Shown here: positions 1 to 10,611 of the stretch, piece by piece
How positions within the stretch are numbered: the stretch's first letter is position 1
How the letters are laid out: the number at the start of each line of letters is the position of its first letter
From: Kiritimatiellia bacterium
GTDB lineage: Bacteria; Verrucomicrobiota; Kiritimatiellia; RFP12; UBA1067
Length of the DNA stretch: 64,000 bases
Direction: 5' to 3'
Assembly: GCA_050949565.1 (NCBI GenBank)
Contig: JBMNFY010000001.1
Location: forward strand, 128,001-192,000
Translations under genes and position numbers: made by a program
Notes under the pieces: generated by a model
Databases searched by the model: none
The model's input: only the letters and a program-made list of their open reading frames with translations
What the model was told of the DNA's origin: nothing

Positions 1-924
1 TATTACGGCAAAGGCGGGCCGTTCGTCCTCGAGTACATCGACCTGTTGGAGCGGCAACCGGTCGACGAGACGAAGACGCCGATCATCTACAGCACCACCA
101 TTGACAAAATGCCGTGGACGGACGAGTTCCTGAACGAGGCGCGCGGGCTGTGGCGGAAGGCGGAGGCCGCGGTGGCGGATGAATCGGCGGCGGTCAAGTC
201 GAACGTCTTCTGGGGCGTGTTCTGTGCCGACTACTCGTTGCTCTCGAAGTACATCCACGGCGGCGAGTGGCGGCCGGTGATCGTCTCCGAGAAGTTCGCT
301 TCCTCGATGGACAGGGATAAGTTCGAGACGATGCGCCGCATCGCGCGGGACATTGTCGCAGTGCTGGACAAGTACCCCGATCAGGTGGTGGTGCTCTCCT
401 CGTATCTCAACGACTTCCGACACAAAGCGCTGGTGCGCGCACTCGCGGCGGCAGAACTGCCCGGCGGCGGCGACGCAGGCGGTAAGGCAACGGTGCAGGA
501 CGGCCTCATCACCTACAACGATTTTCCGAAGTCAAAGACGATCTTCCGCGAGCGTGACGAAGGGGCGACGGACGGATGGGCGATCCATGTGCACAAGTCC
601 GAACCCGGATGGGCATGGACTATGACCTTTCACATGCATAACGCGGTGGCGTTCGACGAAGGCGTCAAATACCGCCTGCGGGTGCGGGGACGGGTGATGC
701 CGGAAGAAGGGGTCGCCCCGGAGAAAGCGATTGTCACATCAGGGCTTTTCGATCGCAATGTGCGCGAGAATGTCCTTTCCAAGAGCGTGAGCGCGGCAGC
801 GTCGAAGGGAGAATGGACGTGGGTTGATCTTGGCGAATGGACGGCGAAGAACGACAACTACATTTTCCACGTCAGTTCGCACGGTTGCGCGTTCAAGTTG
901 GATTTGTTTGAAATAACCAGATAA
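1..924 (+). CDS. 5'-truncated secreted glycan-active protein, DUF4838-like C-terminal region plus a carbohydrate-binding-like beta domain
   Basis: Frame is open from base 1 (YYGKGGPFVLEYIDLLE...), so the ORF-track start at 46 is internal. The YYG..G..V.EY..LL pattern resembles DUF4838 proteins. Strong GC3 codon bias. Confidence 0.5.
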   Translation, partial: YYGKGGPFVLEYIDLLERQPVDETKTPIIYSTTIDKMPWTDEFLNEARGLWRKAEAAVADESAAVKSNVFWGVFCADYSLLSKYIHGGEWRPVIVSEKFASSMDRDKFETMRRIARDIVAVLDKYPDQVVVLSSYLNDFRHKALVRALAAAELPGGGDAGGKATVQDGLITYNDFPKSKTIFRERDEGATDGWAIHVHKSEPGWAWTMTFHMHNAVAFDEGVKYRLRVRGRVMPEEGVAPEKAIVTSGLFDRNVRENVLSKSVSAAASKGEWTWVDLGEWTAKNDNYIFHVSSHGCAFKLDLFEITR

Positions 925-938
925 CGCGCAACTTCCAA

Positions 939-987
939 GTGGCGCGGGCATCTTGCCCGTGTTTCATGGGCGGGACGCCCATGTCAC
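939..987. repeat. REP-like doublet (GTGG + hairpin), inside a degenerate inverted-repeat shell at 926-1007
   Basis: GTGGCGCGGGCATCTTGCCCGTGTTTCATGGGCGGGACGCCCATGTCAC has a near-identical inverted copy at 21885-21933. Confidence 0.8.
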
Positions 988-1071
988 AAGGTTTTTTGAA
1001 GTGGCCCTCCCCAAAAACCTTAGTGCCTTTGTGTGATAAACAACTTGCTTTTTATCGCGCCTGTCGAGCCG

Positions 1072-1120
1072 TAACGCACTAACGCACTCATGCACTAATG
1101 AACTCATGCACTAACGCACT
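1072..1120. repeat. 8-bp tandem microrepeat (TAACGCAC/TCATGCAC, 6 units)
   Basis: taacgcac taacgcac tcatgcac taatgaac tcatgcac taacgcac. The same family occurs on the opposite strand at 60832-60852 (ttagtgca ttagtgca ttagt). Confidence 0.8.
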
Positions 1121-1131
1121 TCCCTTCCCCT

Positions 1132-2874
1132 CTACCGGGGGAAGGTGATGCGGTAGAAGCGCGAGGGGAAGAGACCGGCATCGTCGTCGGTGAAGGTGAC
1201 GGTGCCGCCGGCGGGGATGGTGATGCGGTCGAGGATGGACCAGTCCGGGGGCGTGAGGCTGTCGCTGGCTTCGAGGTAGACAGGGAGGGCGGCGATAGCG
1301 TTGCCGGTGAGGGTGAGGGCGAACGCGCCGGAGGCGGGTGATGCCGCGCTGAAGACGGGATTCCAGCAGACGGCGGGGCGGCCGGCAAAGGTGGTGCCCC
1401 AGTTGGCTCTGCCGGGAAGGTAGTAGATTGTGGTGGAAGTGTTAACGAAGACGTCGGTGCCGGGTGTCGGCTTGTCGCCGGTAAAGAGGACGCAGTGAGG
1501 GATGAACAACTCTGAAAGGCGTCGTTGTCGATGGATGTGACAGTGCTGGGGATAGTGAGGAATGCAAGGGAGGTGCAGTTGTAGAATGCGCCTTTACCGA
1601 TGGCAGTGATGCCATTGGGGATGGTGACGGAGGTGAGAGCGGTGCAACCGGAGAAGGTGCCGGTGCCGATGCTGGAGACGCTGCCGGGGATGGTGATGGA
1701 TATGAGGTTAGTGCAGGATTGGAAGGCTCTGTCACCGATGGATGTCACGCTGTCAGGAAGGGTGACGGAGGTGAGAGATCTACACCACTGGAAGGCGTTG
1801 TAACCGATGTTGGTAACACTGTTGGGGATGGTGATAGCGGTGAGGAATGAACAGTAAGAGAAGGCTTGGTTGCCGATGTTTGAGATACTGTTGGGGATGG
1901 TGACTGCAGTGAGGTTGGTGCAGTTGTGGAAGGCCTTGGTGCCGATGGCGGTGACGGGACAGCCATTTGATGTTACCGGGAGAAAGAGGTGGTGGCCGCG
2001 GTATGAAGAGTCGAGACCGGTGATCGTGACCTGCGTGCCGTCAGACGTGTACGAAAGCGGAATCGGCTGGGTGGGTCTTGCCACGACACTACCCCAGCCG
2101 TTGGCGTCGGGGAAATAGTAGAGCGTGGCGGGAGCCGCGTAGAAGGCTTTGGAACCGACTTCCGGTGCGTTGCCGGTGAAGAGGACGGTGCTGAGGGTGG
2201 TACAGTCATAGAAGGCTTGAGAGCCGATGTTGGTAACGCTGTTGCCGATGGCGACGGAGACGAGGCTGTTGCAACCTTTGAAGGTGTTGCTGTCGATGGA
2301 TGTGACACTATTTGGGAGGGTCACGGATGTGAGTGAGGAGCAATGGGAAAAAGCGTAGCTGGCGATAGCTGCAACATGGTTGCCGATGGTGACAGAAGTG
2401 AGATGCGTGCATTGGGAGAAGACCATGCTGCCGATGGTGATGACGCTGTCGGGGATGGTGACGGCTGTGAGGGCGCGACACTCGTAGAAGGCTTGATAGC
2501 CGATGTTGGTAACGCTGCTAGGGATAGTGGTAGCGGTGAGGTTGGTGCAACCGTAGAAGGCTCGGGCACCGATGTCGGTGATGCTGTTGGGGATTGTGAC
2601 ATCTGTGAGGCTGGTGCGTTTGTAGAAGGCCTCGTAGCCGATGGCGGCGACGGGATAGTTGCCGAGGCCGATAGTGGATGGGATGGTGACGGAACCGCCG
2701 GGGCCGCTGTAGCCGGTGATGATGGCCTCGTCACCGCTGACGGTGTAGGTGTAGTCGCCGTAGGTGTCGGCGAACACGCCAAGGGGGAAGGAGCAACGCG
2801 AGATGTGCGAGCATGAAAGCGTAGAGGCGCGGTGAGCGGGGCAAACGAGCGATGCGGGATGCGGTAGTAATCAT
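1132..2874 (-). pseudogene. BspA-type leucine-rich repeat (LRR_5) surface protein with two single-base frameshifts (pseudogene or sequencing error)
   Basis: Repeats of the form L..VTIP.SVT.IG..AF..C. The signal peptide MITTASRIARL...LALLLP starts at ATG 2874 (RBS GAAAGG) and joins the main ORF only if the G5 run at 2783-2787 is G4. The true C-terminus (VLFTGDKP...RFYRITFPR, frame 1132-1509) joins only with one extra base near 1491. Confidence 0.85.
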
Positions 2875-3047
2875 GGTCGTCCTTTCGGTGAATCAACGCG
2901 GGTCAGGAATGTGGGGTATGATAGGATAAGAGGGGAGGAAATCGCAAAAGCAATGAGAGCGTTAAAATCGGTTTCGCATTGCGTTCAGCGGGAGATCAAG
3001 GTACAGTGGAACTGTAATCGCGGTGGTGCGAGCGTAGGAGTTTGCGG

Positions 3048-3740
3048 ATGCCTATTGATGTGATCATAGTCGAAGATGATAGCCGGTTGCGCTCGGGACT
3101 GGTGGAGATTGTCAACCGGGACCCTCAGTGCGTGTGCGTCGGTGCGTTTGGGTCTGGGGAAGAAGCCGTGGCAAAGGCGCCGGCGTTGAAGCCGCAGGTG
3201 GCGGTCATGGATATCAATCTGCCGGGCATGGACGGGATTGAATGCGTGCGCCAGCTTTCGGAACGTCTGCCGGATTTGCAGATCGTAATGCTCACGGTCT
3301 ATCAGGACACCAACAATCTCTTCCGTGCCTTGGCGGCTGGCGCGCACGGATACCTCGTCAAGCCCGCGCGCGCCCGCGACTTGCTGGCGGCCATCCGCGA
3401 CATCCATCAGGGCGGCGCGCCGATGACCAGCGCTCTGGCGCGTAAGGTGGTGGATGCGTTTCGCGCTCACGCCCCGGACGCCGCTTCGTCGTCATCGCCC
3501 GCTTCTTCTTCGACAGAGGGGACCGGCAGTCCGCTGGCGGGGGAACTGGCGCCGCGCGAGGAGGAGGTTCTGGACCTGCTTGCGCAGGGGTTTTCCTACA
3601 AGGAGATCGCCGACAAGCTGAATGTGGCGTTCGGCACGGTTCACACCTATGTGCTGCGCATTTACAAAAAACTCCATGTCCGCTCCAAAAATGCGGCGGT
3701 GGCCCGCTGGCTGGGGTATCAGCCTGAATCCGGCAAATAG
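3048..3740 (+). CDS. NarL/LuxR-family response regulator (REC + HTH_LuxR)
   Basis: IVEDD, MDINLPGMDGIE, GYLVK and LAPREEEVLDLLAQGFSYKEIADKL...TVHTY motifs. RBS AGGAG upstream. Confidence 0.95.
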   Translation: MPIDVIIVEDDSRLRSGLVEIVNRDPQCVCVGAFGSGEEAVAKAPALKPQVAVMDINLPGMDGIECVRQLSERLPDLQIVMLTVYQDTNNLFRALAAGAHGYLVKPARARDLLAAIRDIHQGGAPMTSALARKVVDAFRAHAPDAASSSSPASSSTEGTGSPLAGELAPREEEVLDLLAQGFSYKEIADKLNVAFGTVHTYVLRIYKKLHVRSKNAAVARWLGYQPESGK

Positions 3741-3763
3741 CCGACGGGTAGGGGAGACGGGCG

Positions 3764-5029
3764 ATGAAGGCGAAAGCGAGAGAGGTCGGGCGGCGTCATT
3801 TTCTGCGCTTGGCACATGCGGGCATGGCGGTGCTGCCGGTGGCGGGCGCTGCGCTCGGTCAGGAGCGGGCGGTGGCCAATTCGGTGCGGCCGGGAAGTGC
3901 GCCGCGTACTTATGACCGCAAGGTCAAGCTGGGGCTGATCGGGTGCGGCGGGCGCGGTATGTGGATCAGCAGCTTGTTTGCGGCTCAGGGCGGATTCACG
4001 TTCGTTGCGGTAGCCGACTATTTCGAAGAGCACGCGGTGCGCGCGGGCGAGCAGCTCGGCGTGCCGCCTGCCCGTTGTTTTCACGGGCTCGACGGGTACC
4101 AGCGTCTCATGGCTGCCGGTGTCGAGGCGGTTGTTTTGCAGACGCCCCCGTATTTCTTCCCGCAGCTTGCGACTGCCGCGCTTGATGCGGGACTGCACAT
4201 CTACATGGCCAAGCCGATCGCAATCGACATCCCCGGGACGTTGACGATCAAGGCACTGGCGGAACGCGCCGGCCGCGAAAAGCGCGTCTTTCAGGCGGAT
4301 TACCAGTTGCCGCGTGATCCGGTGAATATCGAGGTGGCCAAGCGTATTCGCGCCGGTGCACTGGGACGCTTGCAGACCATCTTCTCATCGGGCTGGGCCG
4401 GGGGGAACGGCTATCAAGATCCGCCGCTGGAAACCAGTATCGAAAACCGGTTGAAGGATTTGGTCTGGTGCAATGACATCGCGCTGGGGGGCGACTACAT
4501 TGTGCATTACGATGTCCACATTTTGGATGCGGTGGTCTGGGCACTGGGCAAAACACCCGTCGCCGCGCTAGGGGCCTCTTGTGCTTTCAGGCCCTCCGTC
4601 CATGGCGATGCGCGCGACTCGACCATGGTGGTCTACCTGTTTGACGACGGCACGATGTGGTGTCATCAGGGTATACTCGGTGCTTACCACGATTGGATCA
4701 AGACCGGGCGTTTGACCGCCTCGTTGCAGGGAACGCAGGGCACGGCTTGCCTGTCATACGCCGGCAAATCGTATGTGCGCGGCGGGCCGCGCCACTTTAG
4801 CGGCGGCGTGCCGAATCCAGAGGCGAGCGTGCGCATCAACATCGACGAGTTCCGCCAGGCAATTGATGCCGGTGACTACTCGAACGCGCAAGTGACACGG
4901 GCGGTCGATAGTAACCTCACCGCCATCCTCGGCCGTGAGGCGGCGGCGCGGCGCGATCGGATCACGCTGGAAGCGCTGTTGGCTGAGCGGCGCGCCTTGA
5001 GCCCGGATCTCACCGGGCTCAAGCGCTGA
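3764..5029 (+). CDS. Gfo/Idh/MocA-family NAD-dependent oxidoreductase with Tat-like signal
   Basis: GRRHFL Tat motif, GLIGCGGRG Rossmann motif, YMAKP, and VHYDVHILD. Confidence 0.9.
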   Translation: MKAKAREVGRRHFLRLAHAGMAVLPVAGAALGQERAVANSVRPGSAPRTYDRKVKLGLIGCGGRGMWISSLFAAQGGFTFVAVADYFEEHAVRAGEQLGVPPARCFHGLDGYQRLMAAGVEAVVLQTPPYFFPQLATAALDAGLHIYMAKPIAIDIPGTLTIKALAERAGREKRVFQADYQLPRDPVNIEVAKRIRAGALGRLQTIFSSGWAGGNGYQDPPLETSIENRLKDLVWCNDIALGGDYIVHYDVHILDAVVWALGKTPVAALGASCAFRPSVHGDARDSTMVVYLFDDGTMWCHQGILGAYHDWIKTGRLTASLQGTQGTACLSYAGKSYVRGGPRHFSGGVPNPEASVRINIDEFRQAIDAGDYSNAQVTRAVDSNLTAILGREAAARRDRITLEALLAERRALSPDLTGLKR

Positions 5030-5043
5030 GCGGTGCCCGTCCT

Positions 5044-5064
5044 GTGGGCGGCGTTTACGCCGCC
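5044..5064. terminator. GC-rich hairpin between convergent genes (terminator or REP-like)
   Basis: GGCGGCGT-TT-ACGCCGCC preceded by GTG, lying between the stop codons at 5029 and 5081. Confidence 0.5.
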
Positions 5065-5080
5065 TGCTGAACTGGCGGAG

Positions 5081-7096
5081 CTACGGCGTGGTGCTGGAGA
5101 AAAGCTTTAGCTCCTGCACATGCACGGCGGGGTTGGCGCTGTTCTTGATGACGGTCAGGCGCGCATGGCGTGCGGGTGTGGGCGCGAAGCTCAGGCGCAG
5201 ACCCTCGGCGGTCGCGGGCTTGGCATCGTTGAGATTGCCGGCGACCTCTTTCCACGTCTTGCCGTCGGTGGACAACTCCAACTTGAAGGTGTAGGTACGT
5301 CCGTCCGCGTGGTAGAAGGTGATGTGCATTGCGCTGAGCGTTTCGGTGGTGCCGAGGTCGATCAGGGCTTGTGCCGGTGTACGTGCACCGTGCCAGGCCT
5401 TTTCGAGTGTGCCGTCAACCAGATGAGCCGGCAGATTGTTGCCTTCGGTCGGTACGTCGGTCTTGACCGGCTTGCCTAGCGCGACGTTGACCTCCTCCTT
5501 GAATAGGTCATCGATCGTCGCCTGATTGGTAGCGTTTTTCATGTCGGCGCGGAGCGTGCGCCACGTCGGCAGGAGCGCCTTCTTGTCCACTTGGCAGGTG
5601 TTGAAGAGCTTGGCGACACCGCGCACGGCGAGGGTCTGGCGGCGTGCGTCGGGGTCTTTGGCGGCCACGCGCAACAGACTCGGCAGGGCGGCGGCATCCG
5701 GCCAGGCGGCGAGCGCGCGCACGGCGGCGGTCGCGACATCGGGCTGCGGCGCGGTCAGCGACGCTTCGACCGCTTTCAACAACTCGGTTCCGCCGATGCG
5801 TGCGGCGCTCTCCAGCGCGATCGTTTTCTGCGCATCCGGTGCATTAGCCAACGCCTTGACGAGTGCGGCGGTATAAGCACCTGTTGTATCGCGCCGCGCG
5901 GCTGCGGCCAGGGCGCTCTGCGCCTCGGGCGTGACACGACCGCGGGAGGCGAGCGTTTTGGCGACCAGCGTATCGGCCATGTCGCTACCAGCGATCTCCC
6001 GCAACAAACGGAAACCGGCGATTGCGGCATTTTCGTCCTGTGAGTCCAAGGCGGACAGACCGAGGTGTGCGGCTTCGGTGATGCGGCGCTCTTTGATCAG
6101 TTCAAGGGCGACCTTCTTGCCGGTGTCGTTGAAGGTATCGTACGAACGGACCACAGCGTCTTTGATCTGCACCGTCTTGAGTTGGCGCGCGCCGTCGCGG
6201 ATCAGCGCCAGACGGTTCGGGGGCAAGGTTTTGAGCAGCGCAGGAAGTTGCGCAGCGAAAGCAGCCGGATCCAGTCGGATCAGGGCCTGACGCGCCGCGA
6301 ACACTACGGTGTCGTCAGCGTCGCCGAGGAAGGGCGCGATAGCCGCGCAGGCATTCTTATCGCCGCGGTCGCCCAGCATATCGAGCAGCATGACTTTACG
6401 GACCGGGTCGGTGGCAGTCGCGAGCTTGCCGGTCCAGAGCCGGGTTTCGGCGGCGCCGCCGGTGGTGCGGGCGCGGGCCATCGCTACGCCGGCGTAAGAG
6501 AGGTCGGGATCGTCGAAGGCCTGCAACAAGTGCGGGGTGCGCGCGGAGACTGGTAGTGTGGCGAGTTCGGCATTCAGCGTAACGTGGCGCGTGGGTTCGA
6601 CTGGCGCAACTTTGGAGGTACGGACGTCGGTGACCGCCTGAACGGTCATGGCGGCCAGTGTGGCGACGCCCGGTTTGTCGGACTTCTCAAACGCCCGGAT
6701 CGCCGCCGCCTGTTGCGGCGTACCGCACCAACGGAGTTGATCGAGGAAGAAGCAGATGACATCGGCATCGTTGGCGCGTTGCGCCGCCGCCAGCAAGGCT
6801 CCGGCGTACGCCGCGCGACTGGAAGCACCAGCCGGGCGCATCACGTACTGGGTCAGTGCGGCGATGCGCGTGATGGCGACCGGATCGGAGGCGTAGCCGG
6901 TCTTGACCTCGGCGAGCAGCGCATCCAGAGCGGGCGCACCCTGCTTGAGGAGATCGGCAAGCGCGGCGTCGTTGATGGTGGCGAGCGCGGCTTGCTGTTT
7001 GTTGGCCCACTGGGCGGCTGTGTCCTGGGCCGAGACGGTCGCGGCGGCGACAAACAGGCCGAGCGCGAGTGTTACATTCACAAGGCAGTGGTTCAT
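5081..7096 (-). CDS. Secreted HEAT-repeat protein with C-terminal discoidin (F5/8 type C) domain
   Basis: Signal peptide after RBS AAAGGA at 7096. Ala/Leu-rich helical repeats (AAVRALAAWPD). C-terminal NVALGKPV...LVDG...W...IDLG...STDGKTW...ARHARL. Confidence 0.8.
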   Translation of the reverse strand: MNHCLVNVTLALGLFVAAATVSAQDTAAQWANKQQAALATINDAALADLLKQGAPALDALLAEVKTGYASDPVAITRIAALTQYVMRPAGASSRAAYAGALLAAAQRANDADVICFFLDQLRWCGTPQQAAAIRAFEKSDKPGVATLAAMTVQAVTDVRTSKVAPVEPTRHVTLNAELATLPVSARTPHLLQAFDDPDLSYAGVAMARARTTGGAAETRLWTGKLATATDPVRKVMLLDMLGDRGDKNACAAIAPFLGDADDTVVFAARQALIRLDPAAFAAQLPALLKTLPPNRLALIRDGARQLKTVQIKDAVVRSYDTFNDTGKKVALELIKERRITEAAHLGLSALDSQDENAAIAGFRLLREIAGSDMADTLVAKTLASRGRVTPEAQSALAAAARRDTTGAYTAALVKALANAPDAQKTIALESAARIGGTELLKAVEASLTAPQPDVATAAVRALAAWPDAAALPSLLRVAAKDPDARRQTLAVRGVAKLFNTCQVDKKALLPTWRTLRADMKNATNQATIDDLFKEEVNVALGKPVKTDVPTEGNNLPAHLVDGTLEKAWHGARTPAQALIDLGTTETLSAMHITFYHADGRTYTFKLELSTDGKTWKEVAGNLNDAKPATAEGLRLSFAPTPARHARLTVIKNSANPAVHVQELKLFSSTTP

Positions 7097-7140
7097 GGAC
7101 AATCCTTTATTCATGCTGGAAAAATTGGTGCGGCGCGGGC

Positions 7141-8415
7141 TTACATCTGCCACGGCGCGCGCATCTGCTGGTAAATGAAGCGATCGGCGGCCGGGTCGTT
7201 GACCGCGGTCAGCTTGACCGGATCAAAGGTGAAGCCGCGCCCGAGGCGCATCGCGACGATGCCGAGATTGACGATCGTGCACGAGCGGAAGCCGTTGTCC
7301 TCGTTAAGTGCGAAGCGACGGCGTAGCTTGACCGACTCCAAGAAATCGGTCTGTTGCGGCGCAGGCTCGGGAAGTTCGGCGATGATGGCGTCCAGATTCG
7401 GAATGTCGGACTTCATCTTCGGCCAGACCTTGCCTTTGGGCCCCTCCAGGAACGGCACGCCCTTCATGGAGTCATCGCCATCCAGGATAATCTGGCAACC
7501 GTCGGCATAGGTGAAGGTGATACGGCGGAAGGAGCCGACCGCGTCGGGATGCTGCGGTGGGCAATCGATCTCGATCTTGGTGGGACTGGTGTCATCTTTT
7601 TCCATCAGGTACTGGACGGGATCCAGATAGTGCTGGCCCATGTCGCCGAGACCGCCGCCGTCGTAATCCCAATAACCACGGAAGGTGCCGTGGGTACGGT
7701 GCGGATGGTAAGGCTTGTACGGCGCCGGTCCCAGCCACAGGTCGTAGTCAAAGGTCTCGGGCACCGGTTCGGGCTTGAGGTCGACCCGTCCGCTCCAGCC
7801 GAACTTGAGCGAGAAACCGGTGACGCTGCCGACCACCGCTTTGACCGGCCAGCCGAGGACGCGGTTTTCCATGAGCTTCTTCAGCGGCTTGACTTCGGTG
7901 CCGAACCCATAGAAGCCGCCCATGAAGCGGAACCAGGTGTTCAGGCGGAAGATGCGGCCGTTGGCCTTGACCGCCTCCTGTACGCGGCGTCCCTCGCCGA
8001 TGGTGCGCGTCATCGGTTTTTCGCACCAGATGTCCTTACCCGCCTGCGCGGCCATCACCGACATCAGGCCGTGCCAGTGGGGCGGGGTGCAGATGTGAAC
8101 GATATCGACATCCGGGCGCGCGAGAATTTCGCGGAAATCACGGCAGGTGAAGATTTTGCCGTAGCCGTTCTTCTCGGCCTGCACGATCCCTTCCCTGACG
8201 CGGTTGGCGTCGGGATCGCACAGCGCGACCAAGCGTGTCGGCTTGTAGCCCAGATGGTTGCCCGAGCGGGCGATACCGCCAAAACCGAGCAACGCGCGTG
8301 TGAGTTGGTTGCTAGGTGCGGTCTCAGACCGCAAGATGTGGGCGGGAACGATCGTGAACGCCGATGCGGCGCCTGCCCGTTTCAGGAAGGTCCGGCGGCT
8401 GAATGATCCTGGCAT
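7141..8415 (-). CDS. Gfo/Idh/MocA-family oxidoreductase with Tat signal
   Basis: SRRTFLK, HICTPPHWH, WCEKP, DYDLWLGPAP and DYDGGGLGDMGQHYLD motifs. RBS upstream of ATG 8415. Confidence 0.92.
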   Translation of the reverse strand: MPGSFSRRTFLKRAGAASAFTIVPAHILRSETAPSNQLTRALLGFGGIARSGNHLGYKPTRLVALCDPDANRVREGIVQAEKNGYGKIFTCRDFREILARPDVDIVHICTPPHWHGLMSVMAAQAGKDIWCEKPMTRTIGEGRRVQEAVKANGRIFRLNTWFRFMGGFYGFGTEVKPLKKLMENRVLGWPVKAVVGSVTGFSLKFGWSGRVDLKPEPVPETFDYDLWLGPAPYKPYHPHRTHGTFRGYWDYDGGGLGDMGQHYLDPVQYLMEKDDTSPTKIEIDCPPQHPDAVGSFRRITFTYADGCQIILDGDDSMKGVPFLEGPKGKVWPKMKSDIPNLDAIIAELPEPAPQQTDFLESVKLRRRFALNEDNGFRSCTIVNLGIVAMRLGRGFTFDPVKLTAVNDPAADRFIYQQMRAPWQM

Positions 8416-8622
8416 GTTCTTCTCTCCCTTGGTGTTCGTTGAGCGGGTTCCTCTAAACCCAAGCCCATGTGTCGCATAGGGTAACGCTTTGCCGTGTACG
8501 ACGCAAGCGTGGTTTTGAAAACGCACGCCGTTTAACCTTCAAACGCAACGTGAATGTGCTCGAAATCAGAACTTTGAAACCAAACTTTACAAGACAGGCA
8601 CGGGATGGGACAATGACGGTAT

Positions 8623-10607
<1,985 letters not shown>

Positions 10608-10611
<4 letters not shown>

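Noticed and set aside
1104-1490. Pro/Ser-rich C-terminal tail of ORF 1104-2777
   Set aside because: It is an out-of-frame read-through after the frameshift near 1491. The overlapping frame 1132-1509 continues the LRR cap and is the plausible terminus.
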